Part shown: positions 49,596 through 62,375 of the stretch, in pieces | How the letters are laid out: each line of letters starts with the position of its first letter | Numbering within the stretch: the stretch's first letter is position 1 | Source: Podarcis gaigeae | Taxonomy: Eukaryota | NCBI GenBank assembly: GCA_964106915.2 | Contig: OZ066921.1 | Reading direction: 5' to 3' (one strand) | DNA: 64,000 nucleotides | Position numbers and translations under genes: made by a program | Notes under the pieces: generated by a model | Databases searched by the model: none | Seen by the model: the letters and a program-made list of their open reading frames with translations, nothing else | What the model was told of the DNA's origin: nothing

Positions 49596-52500
49596 ATCCT
49601 TGCACAATCATTTAGGGCATTCCTCCGAGCCTGCTGATACCTCCCTCTTGTGCATGGATGGTGTTGTTTTGGCAACATAAGCAATGGCACTCACAGTCTG
49701 AACACCAGAAACAGAGTGAATGATAAGAGAGAAGTTGCATCAGTATTTCCGGAAATGCCTCCTGCCCCCTGTGTTTACCCTATCGGGATGATGTCTGTGT
49801 ATCCTCAACATTTCAGAGGAGCAAATAGAGTTTTGGCTACTTAAGGCCTCACACTCAAAGAATGCTATTAGTGAATAAGATTCAGTAAATTTTGTATTCA
49901 CTTTACAGTGCATGCACACACAGTTTTCAAAGCAACTTGCTAAACATGTTAAGAATATTTCTAAAACACACCAAACTGCTTGGAGCCACCCAGAACTATC
50001 AAGTTGTATCAAATGTAGCGCTAAATTGGAGACACTAAGAGGAGTATTTGTTCCACTGGCTAAATATTTTGCACAAGTGTAACATGGTTGCACAAGAGAA
50101 CGCATAAGCAGGTTGCTGGTAACAGGGTCATGCAGCATATTTTACAATTTGTTGCACAACAAATTTCTGCTTTTGCAACTGTTGCATTAGATTCTTCTGC
50201 TTCACAACATTAAAACACACCTGTCTGCTAGCACAAGAGCCATTGCACTAGAGGACAGAGAACACTGGAGGCAGCCCATAAGCTGCAATATGGGGCCCAC
50301 CTGCAGGAGCCCATGCATGCAGGATGGAGAGGGAAAGCTCTGTTGTGTTGCTGATTTGAAAGTAATTCAAACATATCAGCTATGAGATCCAATAATTGGG
50401 GCTAGTGGGAAGAGAGATAGCTATAGCATCAGTATCAGGATTATCTTACCACTTGTAAGATCCTGGCCTGTGTGGGACTTATTTATAGCTGCTTCAACAG
50501 CCAGGAATTCCAGCTGCAGATTAACATTTGTTAGTACACTGGAGAATGGGGTGGGGGTGGGAACCTAGATACATCTTTGCTCAGTGTAATTGGCTGACAC
50601 TGTTAGCTAAAACATGATTGCATTATAAAGACCACCAGCATGTGAATGGGATAACATGAAATTTAAAGGTACAGCATCCAATATATACAGAAATGAGAAT
50701 ACAGACGACAGCCACATTAACATGAAAATTAAAACAAAACAATTTAGGTATAATCCAGTGTTTAATCCTCCTGGATATAGGGATCTAAAAAGGAAAATCA
50801 ACCTAGTTTCTTGCTGGTGTAACAATTTGACATAATCTCTCCTCATTCCGGTTGTTGTTGTTGTTTTTAATGTCCCATAAAACTGTATAAAGTAAGTCTG
50901 TGTCAGAATGGTTATGCTTCACAGAGTGATCCACCAAAGGTGACTTCATCACTTTCTAATGTGGGTGCCGACGGCACGTGTAGTGGAACCAGGGGCATCT
51001 TACCCTTAGAGGCTAGTGGCGCAGGGCACCAGGGAAGAGGCAGAGGCTGGACATGGCACCTCCTGGCATCAGCTCACCTCCTGGCATCAGCTCACTGCCC
51101 TCACCCACCTCTGCCATGCCACGCCGAAGCAGCACTGTGCCCGGAGCCTCTGTCTGCCATGGCCACCATGGCACGAAGTGGCCAGCTGAGCCAGGAGGCA
51201 CCATGTCCAGCCTCTACCTCTTCCCCGCCAGAGGAGCTGCCCTGAGGAAGAGCATTTGAAACAGTTGGTTATCCTGGAAGGACTGTCCTGCTGCTGTTTT
51301 TGGAGCACCAACATCCTTCAACTTATTCCCTGCAAAACACTGCATTGAGTGATTCTTTGTGATGTTATGCTAGCCAAAAAAATCCCTTACTTTGGGACAT
51401 TTTCTTAACTCATATTAGTTGGTGTCACCATGTATATATCGTATGCTATCTGACTGTAAATTAAGATACAATTCAGTAGCGATATAAAAGTGTTGTAATC
51501 ATATTATTAGCCTACCGTGTTGCTTTTGGATTGTCAGATTTTTCTGTTTGCAACACAGGGGATCTTTGTTGTTTAAATCTATTGTTGGCCGTCTTGAGAA
51601 TTTCAGTTAGTAGGCAGGATATAAATACTCCTAAAGAAATCAATAAATGCATCACTTTGAAATTCAACTTGAGAAAAATCTAGCAGAAAAGAAGCACAGG
51701 AAAGGTTACACTTATTCTGTTAGCTGCCTTCAGTTTCCTTGGAAAACCAGTCAAGAAGGCTTCTGGTCCCATCTGCCTTAATAGAGGCAGCCCCCATGAT
51801 AGCAGGGGATCGTCGGTGAACAAAAAACAAGGATGACAGAGGGTAAATCATCCTTGCAAATTCCCCCCCAGGTATAGGGAGAATGATCTTCACCTGCAGT
51901 TTGTCTTGGTACCTAGTTCTCGCTCTTGTGGGAGGCAGGGAGTGCAAAAGCACTTCGCCTGTTGAAAACCTTCCTAGACCCTTAACCCCCATTAAGAAGC
52001 AGATGTTATCCATTTAATTGGATCTTTAATTGGCTTTAAAGTATCGGTGCATGATGGGAAAGTGTTGCAACAAAATACTGCAGAATATACCAGCTACATG
52101 GATCAAAAGTTTTAATTGAGATAAGATTTTCTTCAGCATGAGAGTTGGTTGGGGAGAGGAAAGCCCACAGTTTGTTTATTCTAAGGTTTTTTTTACACAT
52201 TTATGATTTGGCATCCCTCTCCGGAAAACAAGATACAAATATATTTACAAGTGAGGAAGGGACGTTGGAGTAATATTGATATTAACAAGCAAAAATAGAA
52301 ACTTTGTGTGATCTGAAATGAATAAAGGCGGGGGAAGGGAAGCTCAAGTATGACTGTGTTGGAAAGAAAGAGTAATTCCCCTCACCTCCATTTAAAAACA
52401 CCAGACAAGAAAAAAAGAGACTGAGATTTGCGTGTGCTACTGACGGAATGTAATCTAAGATAAAGTTTAATTGGGCCATAAATCTCTTGCTGAAAGGAAA

Positions 52501-53099
52501 AGAATTTGGGAGCTGTGATAAGAACACTGCAGAGATTCTGGGAGTTGGAAAGGAGTATAAAATCTTCAATGCATCTGAAAATTGCCTACCTTTTCCTAGT
52601 CTGAGGGGGAAATGGCGAAGATCTGAGACGTGTTTTACTAGTGAGACAGAATGGTTTCTAGCAGACTGTCGCGTGTTCCGAGACATCGAAACAAGGGATG
52701 GAGAGATAAGACCTCTGAGAAACTTGGAGATTCAGTTCCACCCCAAGCCATGATGGCGGAAAACAACAGCTGGGAAGTGAAAGAGACAACACCATATAAG
52801 GACAGAAGGAATCTCCATGGACATAACAGCTTTCACACGCAGGGAAAAATAAAGGTAATAGTTTGAGTTCCTCACTTGAAGCTTTATAAATTTACATATT
52901 GTCACATCACGAATGGAAATAATTACTTATGTAGCTGTTGACTAAGGGATTATTATTATAACTGAAATGTAACTGACATTAATCAGGATTATGAAACGCT
53001 GGTGATATGAGATCGGAAATGCACCCAAACCACCATGCGGGGAGCCATGTATTAATTGCCTGTTGATTGGCATTTTGATAATTGTATAATTTGGGAATT

Positions 53100-53303
53100 G
53101 TTTTCCACAGATCTGAGGGCAATGAAACAATCGCTGAGATGGCTAGAGTGCCGGTGAAGGATAACTCATTCTGAAGCTGACCGGACATGGGTTAGAGCTC
53201 AATGTCAAGCCTACCAAGTGGCGATAGCGACGGCGAAGAAGACTTTCTTCACTGCCTCTATTGCATCTGCAGAAAATAGCAGCAGGAGACTCTTTTGGGT
53301 GGG
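53100..53303 (+). mobile_element. L2 LINE ORF2 internal fragment
   Basis: Translates FSTDLRAMKQSLRWLECR*RITHSEADRTWVRAQCQAYQVAIATAKKTFFTASIASAENSSRRLF, resembling the EN-RT linker of L2/CR1-group LINEs, with an internal stop. Confidence 0.75.
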
Positions 53304-55599
53304 TCACCTAAACATAGAACAGGTTACAAGGTGGGCACTTGGCAGGTTAACGTAGGGCTTTAAGGTAGATGGCATGAGCTAAGATGTTGTCCCAACACTT
53401 GACATGCCCCCTGTGCTCTCCTTTTGAAGATTAGGGTGGGCACAGAGATTTGCATGGGTCTTGTCCTGAACCCTGGGACCAAGAGGGCAAGGAGGCACTC
53501 CTGTGTGCAGGCTGGGTTTGCTTAAGCCACCTCAACTGGCACTGCATCCTTGGAGGTGGAGGGGGATTTGATGGTGTCAGCACACTGTCCAACCTAGGCT
53601 CATGCACCTCTCTTGGGAAGAAGAGTGCTTTGCTAGCAGGAGATGGGACAGGGGCCGATTCAGACACCTCTCCCTCAGCACTTGTGACATCTGTTGTCAC
53701 TGAGGTGGAGCTTTCTCCCAACTACTCACTTGACTCCTCCCCAGCATCCAGATCAGTACTTCCCAAACTGCTGGGCCTCTCCCCAAGACTCTCATCCCAT
53801 TTCTCCTTCTCCTCCAGCCTGCCAAGAAGTCTTCAGGAGGTGTCTGACAAGTGGTGACTCTGAAGCAGCAGAGTGAATTTTTAAAAACAATAATAATAAC
53901 AATAAAAGGAGGAAGAGGAGGAGGAAGTAGTAGTGAGGGGAGGTAGTTGTTTTGGTGCCCTCCAAAAGTTGTTGGACTACAACTCCCAACAGTCCCAACC
54001 AGCAGGGCAGCAGGGATTATGGGAGTTGTAGTCCAACAATATCTGAAGGGCACCACATTGGTGTCCTTGCACTTTGCACAGTCCTTCATTTCCCCGGCTC
54101 TGTTTCATGGAATTTAAGTTTGCTGTTTTATTGTCTTCTTCGCCCTATAGTTTTTTTGCCAATAGAAGCCACTCTGGTTTTGCAAAGCAAGCAAGCCAAG
54201 CTCTACCATGAATAGCAATTCCAGCGCCTCCTCCAGCGCAACCTTCCTCCGTGCGCAAGTGCGGACGCGCATGTGGGTGTGAGAGAGTTTGGCACCAAGG
54301 GCGGTGGGATGCTTCTCCGTCTTGTCCGAGCGATGTAAAAGGAAGGATGCTCCTTCCTGTTCTTTCAGCGGTGGTGTGGTCACTCGGGGCCGCCTTGCTT
54401 CAAGGGGTTGGCCAACCCCACTGGTCACGTTCTCAAATAATGGCTTCATTAGATTGGAAGAAGTGGATGGTGACCTCTTTGAAATGGACTTCCTGACCCT
54501 CGGTGACCTTTCGCCCTCCTGCTGACAGCCTGTAAATCTTCTGCCTCGGGACTCCCCACTCCCAGGTAACCGCTGCAATGCAACCAAGGCTCAGGGCCAA
54601 GCAGACATCCAGTCTGTAACCACAGAAGAAAGCTGTGCTGTGCTACCTTAGGGCATTGCAGTTTCCAGCAGCAGCTTAGCACCAAAGGGTGGCTTTTATT
54701 GTACAGATCCTGCTTGCTTGCTGGCTCACGAGAGTGTTCTGATGGATAGTGGTCCATAGGTCAGATCTGTCTCCTGTTCCTTCCCCCTTAATGTTGCAAA
54801 GAAAATGGACAGGAATACATTTCCCTCACCCGCTCTCTTAGAACACCAGAATTCAAGGATCAGCCAATGTAAATGGGCAGTGGGATTCAGGACAAACAAA
54901 AAGAAGGTCCTTCTTCACACAGCACAAAGTTACTTTACGGCAGGGGGAGAATGCGGGGAGAAATCCAGTGCAGTTCACATAATAATGTTAGTCTATTGAT
55001 GGCACTTTGCAGTTTCAAAAACATTGCTTGAACCAAATGCAGCAAGCCTTTGAAATTCATGCTTCTCTGAATTTTGCAATGCAGCTCCCCAGCTCCCCAA
55101 AAGGTATGTATGAAAATGCATATATTAAGGGAGGAATGAGCATTAAAATGCATGAATTAGCAAAAAGCAAAGCATACAAAAAGCATTTTATTAGAGAAAA
55201 ATGCTTGCAGTAATGTATAATTAGGACTTATATATGTGCATATTAGGGGAAATGCACACTATGACAAATTATTATTTTTTAAAAAGAAAGATTGCAAACT
55301 GTTGACAACTTTAATAAACATGGAAAAACTAGAAACACAAATTGACAGATCTGTCCAGCACAAGACAGGGGTAGTTAATGAGGTGTCCTTCAGATCTTTG
55401 CTTGTTTGTTATATTTGCTAGTAACTTTACTCAGAGTGACCCAAAGTGACGTACATAAAAACCAGTTATGAACATCCAATAAAAGTCTAAAAATGCAGCT
55501 ATACAGCTAAAAAGCGGGACTTACAGATCCCATGCCACTACAAGAGGTCACAATGCCACCATACAAATTATGGGTCAAAAGCCTGGTTTAATAGAAAAG

Positions 55600-55870
55600 T
55601 ACAGAAAAAATAGATAGAAATGGTGCCAGGTGTGCCTCCCTGGGGAGAGAATCCCACAAGCAGGGGCCCACCACTGAAAAGGCCTAATCTTGTGTTGCCA
55701 CCCTCTGCACCTTCCAAAGAAAGGCCTCAGGAAATGATCGCAGGGACAAGGTTGGTTCATGTGGGGAGAGGTGGTCCTTGATGTCCTGAGGTCCTGAGCT
55801 GCATAGGAGTTGGACTCCAGCAACCTTTGGAGGGCAGAACATTGCACAGTCCTGCTTTATGGAATTCAGG
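55600..55870 (-). mobile_element. L2-like LINE 3' fragment
   Basis: Similar to 49189-49595. Confidence 0.55.
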
Positions 55871-56735
55871 ACCATGACATGCAATGATGGCTGCTGGTTT
55901 TGATGGCTTCTAAAAGTTCTTTAGAAACCAAACAAGACATGGAGAAGGGTAACTGCACAATCCTATAGATGCCTGCTCAAAAACAGGTCTGAATTAGTTC
56001 AATGGATTCATCTGATCCCGATATTTGCATACCACCTTTCAGGCAAATGCCCTCTTGAGGTGCCACTGAGCACCACCACTTTCACCGCCATCACTCTAAA
56101 AACCTATCTTCCATTTTACAATGCAGAAAGTTTAAACTCTGGGACACTCACTCCTCGAGCCCAGTTCCTCCCTGCTCCCTGCCTGCCCTGATCTTTGTTT
56201 GCATGTCAGTGACCTTTGGCTACAAGCAAAAATCAATATTGGAGGCCAGGGTCCACCACTCCCCATCTCCTGGGGTCCCCGAGTGACCGGTGCATCGGTC
56301 AGTATCTATAATGAATCTCAAAAGTGATTGAAGAGCTGTCAGGCAGCTGTCTGTTCCCATCACCGGGGAAATGGCTTGGAGTGGATGTATTGATCCAAAA
56401 GAGTCACAGGTGTGCTGCCATGAGGCTCCTGAATATGGCACTCGGACAGCAGCTTATTGCAACCAAACACACTCATTTATGAAGGAGTGCTTTTCACCTA
56501 GCGCTAACCATGTGGGATCTATTATTAACATCAAATCTGGTGATGTTTTTGTAGGTGACTTTGATCATCACCTGCAAACGGTTCAGGGCCTCTCACTTTT
56601 TTTTTTTTTAATTCACCAAGATGCTCTGACTTTGGGGGCACCAATATGGCTGGGGGGTGGGGAAGCTACAGCCCTTGGCCTAATTTCATGCACCCTGCTG
56701 TTAATTCAGGCTGGTGTTAACAGAGGTGGGGGGGA

Positions 56736-56738
<3 letters not shown>

Positions 56739-56790
<52 letters not shown>
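56739..56790. repeat. (GA)n microsatellite
   Basis: Directly visible. Confidence 0.95.
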
Positions 56791-56794
<4 letters not shown>

Positions 56795-58334
56795 TGGACA
56801 CACAGAGAGGGGTACAGCAAGAGAGATGGGGCACAGAGAGAAAAAGAAAGATGCAGAGGGGAGAGAAAGAGAAGGTGGAATAGAGAGAGAGACAGAACTT
56901 GCTATGCAGCACTGCAAATGCCACCCACCATAGGATGCAGCCCCCCAACTGACTTTCCCCAGGGGTCCCAGTCTCTGACCTAAGGGCCAGGGCTGCTGTA
57001 CAAGATTATGAGATAATCCAGGTTGAATGAACCATCTAGTCCAAGAGTGGAAATCCAGCCCAGCCCAGTTGGATGACTCTAGGAACCCACAGCCAGGGCA
57101 TGAAGACAGCAGACCCTCCCATACATACTCATTTAAAATCTTTCTCCCTTACCTTTCAAATATTTTCTCAGGATGGCTCACAACAGCACACATGATTCAA
57201 TTTTTAAACATCCAAACAAGGAAGGAACAACGGCAGCAGCATCAAAAGCAGACTTCACAACATGAGCCCGCAAGTGTCTTCTCAGAAGAAAGTCTTGTTC
57301 AATTACTCCCAAGTCAGTGGGTCTAGGGTTGCAGATGGTGTTGAAAACCACCAGCAGAAAGGTATTCTCGGGGGATATTAAACCCTGCCAAAGTCCCATA
57401 TAAACAACAGCATTTTGTAACCTGCTTCTAAAAGCCATCAGAAGAGGATGCGGGTGGTATTCAAATATATACTGCCTCTGAATATGGAAGTTCCATTCAT
57501 GGCTTCATTGCTAATAGTTTGTCCCTTGTTTGAGCCTGGTTTCTCAAAGGCAAACTATTCGGAGGCTTCGGACAAGTGAGGGTGGGCAGCATGAAGGCAC
57601 AAGGTGGATGGAGCATCACTTCTCTCCCCCAGCCCTATTCTCCCCTCTGCATCCATTCTCCCTCCTCATTCATCCATTGCTTTCTCTCACACACAAACAT
57701 CTACCCTGTATTTATCAGCATCATCCATCCCCTCCTTTCATTTCCTTCCTTATCTCTCTCTTTCCCACAATGAATTAGGGTCACATGTGGCCGTGGTTCA
57801 CTCTGGTAAGTGACACAAGGCAGGCACAAGGAACCTCAGGCTTTGGGGACCAGCTTGGGGACAGTGTTTTTCTTTTCATACATCCAATTTTTAATTTTAG
57901 CTGCCCCACCCCACAGATAAAAGCTGGAGAGGAAGGGACCTCTCTAGCTGGACCTCAAGACTCTCCCCAGACCACATACCCCCTCAGCCACAGCCCCCAC
58001 CAGCTTTCTATGCATCTTCCTTCCGTGTTTTTGCCTACCTGGAATGAGTCCTTGAACTCTCATAAATGCCTCTCAGTTGCCTGGATGGAAGACAGAAAGG
58101 GGTGGGGGTGTACTAGCCTAGTGGCATACAGGTAAAATGTGCATTTGTTGCTCTGCTTACTTTTACTTCTTACCCTACCAAGGACTGGCATGCAGCCCCT
58201 TGAAGATTACCCAGAAGGGAATGCCATCCTCCTCTGTTCACTCTGATTGACTCCAATCAACACAAAAGTGTGAGAATACTTCTTGTCTGAAAAGCTCCCC
58301 TTCCATGTTGATTGGGTGGCTGTAAGATGCTGGA

Positions 58335-58741
58335 CCATAAAGAAGGCTGATCGCAGAAGAATTGATGCTTTTGAATTATGGTGCTGGAGGAGACTCTTGA
58401 GAGTCCCATGGACTGCAAGAAGATCAAACCTATCCATTCTTAAGGAAATCAGCCCTGAGTGCTCACTGGAAGGACAGATCCTGAAGCTGAGGCTCCAGTA
58501 CTTTGGCCACCTCGTGAGAAGAGAAGACTCTCTGGAAAAGACCCTGATGTTGGGAAAGATGGAGGGCACAAGGAGAAGGGGACGACAGAGGACGAGATGG
58601 TTGGACAGTGTTCTCGAAGCTACAAACATGAGTCTGACCAAACTGCGGGAGGCAGTGGGGGACAGGAGTGCCTGGCGTGCTCTGGTCCATGGGGTCACGA
58701 AGAGTTGGACACGACTAAATGACTAAACAAACAACAACAAC
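58335..58741 (+). mobile_element. 5'-truncated BovB/RTE LINE 3' end
   Basis: Open frame WTIKKADRRRIDAFELWCWRRLLRVPWTARRSN...LEKTLMLGK...; (CAA)n tail; 11-bp TSD AAGATGCTGGA (58324-58334, 58742-58752). Confidence 0.95.
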
Positions 58742-59821
58742 AAGATGCTGGAGACAGGGACCCTGCTGCAGAACTTGTAACTTGTTGCATATTTAACTTG
58801 TGAAGGTTCAGCTTTACATGTTTGGCAAACAAGTAAATTAAAAAAGCTAAAAAGGGTATGGGCATCTGGAGGGGGGGGACTTTTAGCAATGCTTGGAGGT
58901 GCACGGAGAATGTGTTTTACCTATACACGATTTTGGCTTTATGCACCATCCCCAGAACATAACCACCAGGTAAGTTGAGAGCACCCTGCATTAGTAGGTC
59001 TCTGACTCCCTGCAACCCCAAACAGCTGCACCTTTGCTTGTGTCCCTCAGTTTCCCGGACCAGGAAAATTCTGGTCTGAAATGTCTCTATTTGATCTGCC
59101 TGCAACTCCCTGCAGCTGGCAGGCCCAACAGTGCAGGGATAAGGGACACTGTCATTGATCTGCAATGTTTGTTTTTGGGTAGAGTCCCTGCGATGGCAGG
59201 CAGCAAAAGAAAGTAAATCCAGTGAATGCCTAATTAAAATAACATGGAAATCTAACCATAAACTGCTGCCTCTTTTAGCCAATAGATGGCACCAGATATG
59301 ACAATACAGTCATGCTTACAATGGCAAGAAGCTTCTTATTTAAATTAAAGCCATTTAACCCTAACACTTAAGTCAGAAGAGAGGCAAGAAATAGCTTAAC
59401 TATAAGATAGTTCTCCAGCTGAAGTTAGCTGCCTAGGGCAAGATGGTGGTGGTTTAATTGCCGTCCTTTTTCAGGCAAGTAAACAGTGAAGTGAAGTCTT
59501 AATACAGAAGTGGAGGATTTTTTTCAGCCTGAGGACTGCATTTGTCTTCCAAGGGCCACATAACAGTAGTGGGCGGGGCCAAAGAAAAAATGCGGCAGAG
59601 CAACAAATGTAAAGTTTGCCTCAACACACACCACTCTGTATACTGCACTGAAGCACCCAAGAGACAGAATTTCAGGGCACATACCAGCCAGGCAAAAAAC
59701 ATCGAATCTGATATACATGTTGCAGCAGAGTGCAGAAACATGTAGCCTGGCAAGACTGTTGGTTGAAAGAACAAAGAAAGCTAAGGTCTATTACACCTGG
59801 CAAGCAAAGTCATTCTGAATA

Positions 59822-60029
59822 CAGTGGTACCTCGGGTTACAGACGCTTCAGGTTACAGACTCCGCTAACCCAGAAATAGTACCTCGGGTTAAAAACTTTG
59901 CTTCAGGATGAGAACAGAAATTGCGCGGTGGTGGTGCAGCAGCAGTGGGAGGCCCCATTAGCTAAGAATAGTTTCATCTTAAGAACAGAGCTCCAGAACG
60001 AATTAAGTTCTTAACCAGAGGTACCACTG
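59822..60029. mobile_element. Tigger/pogo-like MITE
   Basis: Same TIRs, TA TSD. Confidence 0.88.
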
Positions 60030-60399
60030 TACAAGCTTCCATGCGGCCATCATGGAGTTATGAGGCTAATGAAAAGAAGGCCCAACATGAACACTGAAGA
60101 AGCAGCAGGAAGGAAGTAAAGCCTGAGCAAAACAAAACAAAACAAAACAAAACAAAATCTATTACTCCCCACCCCCCAACCCCGGTTCAGGTAACTTCTT
60201 GCAAGTGCTGTTGCTTTACTCCTAAAAGGAAGAGGGGATGTTGCCTAGTGAGAGTTATGAGGACAATGCAGAGATACATAAGGCTCCCCACCCCTGCCTT
60301 AAGAAGATAAATAATTGCCCACAGGCCTGGACAACTAGCAACCCACCAAGACAAACACAACCTGCTGTGCCCAAGGGACTTGATGGAACATTTATTATT

Positions 60400-60940
60400 A
60401 CATACCAATCCTCCATGAATTTATCCAATCCCCCTTTAAGCCATCCAAGTTGGTGACCATCACTGCCTCCTGTGGGAGTGAGTTCCATAGTTTCAGTGGC
60501 GTAACATGGGTTGCCAGCACCCTAGGCAGCGCAGGGGTTGTGGGGGGAGGGGAGGGAAGGAAACGGATGGCGTACGCATGCGTATTCAATTGCCGAACAA
60601 CATCTGTGTCACCAGTGCTTTTTCTGTAGAAAAATAACTCATCATGTTACAATAAGTCCCACACTTTTTAACAACAAGAAAAAGAACAAAAAAAGGTGCC
60701 GGTACTGCGTACCCTTACAGGGAAGCACTGTGTGTCAACCGGGAGACTGCAACCACAGAGATAATAAAAGGGGTTGTTCCATCATCTGGAGAAGTCACTT
60801 CCTGGTTCGTATGGAGTAGCTGTTTTCAACGGAGCTCAGCAACAGAAGCGTGCAGCTGTATAGAGGCAGTTTTTGCACCTGGGGCAACTGCCCCTGTGGA
60901 CCCCTCACACTACGCCACTGCAGATTTTAACTATGCGCTG
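60400..60940 (-). mobile_element. CR1-like LINE 3' fragment interrupted by a hAT element (60494-60920), itself containing a MITE (60613-60730)
   Basis: CR1-like tccaatccccctttaagccatccaagttgg...gagttccatagttt|aactatgcg; TIRs CAGTGGCGTA / TACGCCACTG; inner CAGTGC...GCACTG with 7/8 TSD tgtgtca(c/a). Confidence 0.65.
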
Positions 60941-62375
60941 CAACAGCTAGAAGATGTTGAAGCAGCCCGTCTTCCCTCCACCAGCCTGCTCTTCTGCTCT
61001 CAGTGGAAGCCTCCAAGCCTTCTTTTCATTAAAAAAAAGTCAGGAAACATACAAATTCATGTCGGGTTGGGCCCTTTACCCCATGAACAAGCCAATCCAT
61101 GAAGGCTGGTTCACTTGGGGGAAAGCAGCACTGCTCCACCAAGCTCAGTCTCCCTCCAGTTGCCTGCCTTCTTACTTACAACCACACCAATGAGGTGGCC
61201 CTGGCTGCCAACTTCCTCCTCCCTTGCCTCAGTTGTTGCCCTTGCAGAATGCGGCAGGGAGGAAGGTGGGGACAAAGCTAGAACCAGCTGACTTTGCCTG
61301 CCATTGGCTTTGCCTACCGCAGAATTCCCTGCCTTTCGTCCTGCCAGCCTGACTGGGCACCAGCTGCGGCTGAAGCCAATCTACACCACTCACAAAGAAC
61401 AAGCCACACACTTGCATTGAGAGACTGTTAGGCAGAGTTTGCTAGGGGGCAATCTTACATTGCTTGCAGGTGGCGACATAATGCTTTGCATTTACAGTGC
61501 ATTTTAGAATGTTCAAAGCGCCTCACTTATTACATTAACTGGGATATCCTTACAATAGCCCTATAAGGTAGGTCAGTATTATGACACTCGGACTTACAAA
61601 GGGGTGAAGGAAGGCTGAAGCTGAGACTGTGTCCACTAATCAGTTCACCTAATCTGCCTGTGGCTGAGGCAATATTTGAACACGGAGCTTTTTCATTGAC
61701 CACAAGCTAATCTAAGCGCACAGCCCCAGCAAAGCAGCAGCAAAGAAGACAGAGCTCTGAACGTGAGCTGCTGAAAGTTCGCTACAGTAGAGCTACAAGG
61801 CAATGTATTCCCTCCTTTCAATCCCCCGCCCCCCGCCTCACAATCAGTCTCTCCTCTGCTGCCATCGGGTCTGATCTATGATTCATCTTTCATCTGGAGC
61901 CCACATCTTCTCTTCTTGACCAGATTGAGCTCCGAGGTGTCAGCAGAAAAGGCAAAATCAGGCGGGAAATAAGAAAATAAAATGTGAGAGGCAAGAACAA
62001 GGGCAAGAACAACATTCATTCTGAAACTTCACACCTTTAATAACGAGGAAAGAGCAAGGCGCCCAAAGGTAGCTGCACTCGCTCAGCAGCAGATCTGAGG
62101 GGCAGAATCTGCAAAGGAAGGACAGGGGTCTTTTTATTACTGCTATTATTTATTATTATTTGGTAATGTGCTTTCCCTTGTGTGACAACGTTCCGCCAGC
62201 ACAAGTACTCCACTCAATATTTAAATTAGCACTGCATTAGCTACAACCCATTGCCCTTTTCTAAAATTTGTTTATTGATGTGTGTTTTCCCTTTTTGTAA
62301 GCCTGCCAAAGAATAAAACAAAACAAAACAAAATTGGGATTAAGGGATTTTCTCAGGATGGTCGAGGGTATGTAT

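Noticed and set aside
58283-58726. 147-aa ORF as a host gene
   Set aside because: C-terminus of the BovB/RTE ORF in a truncated copy bounded by TSDs
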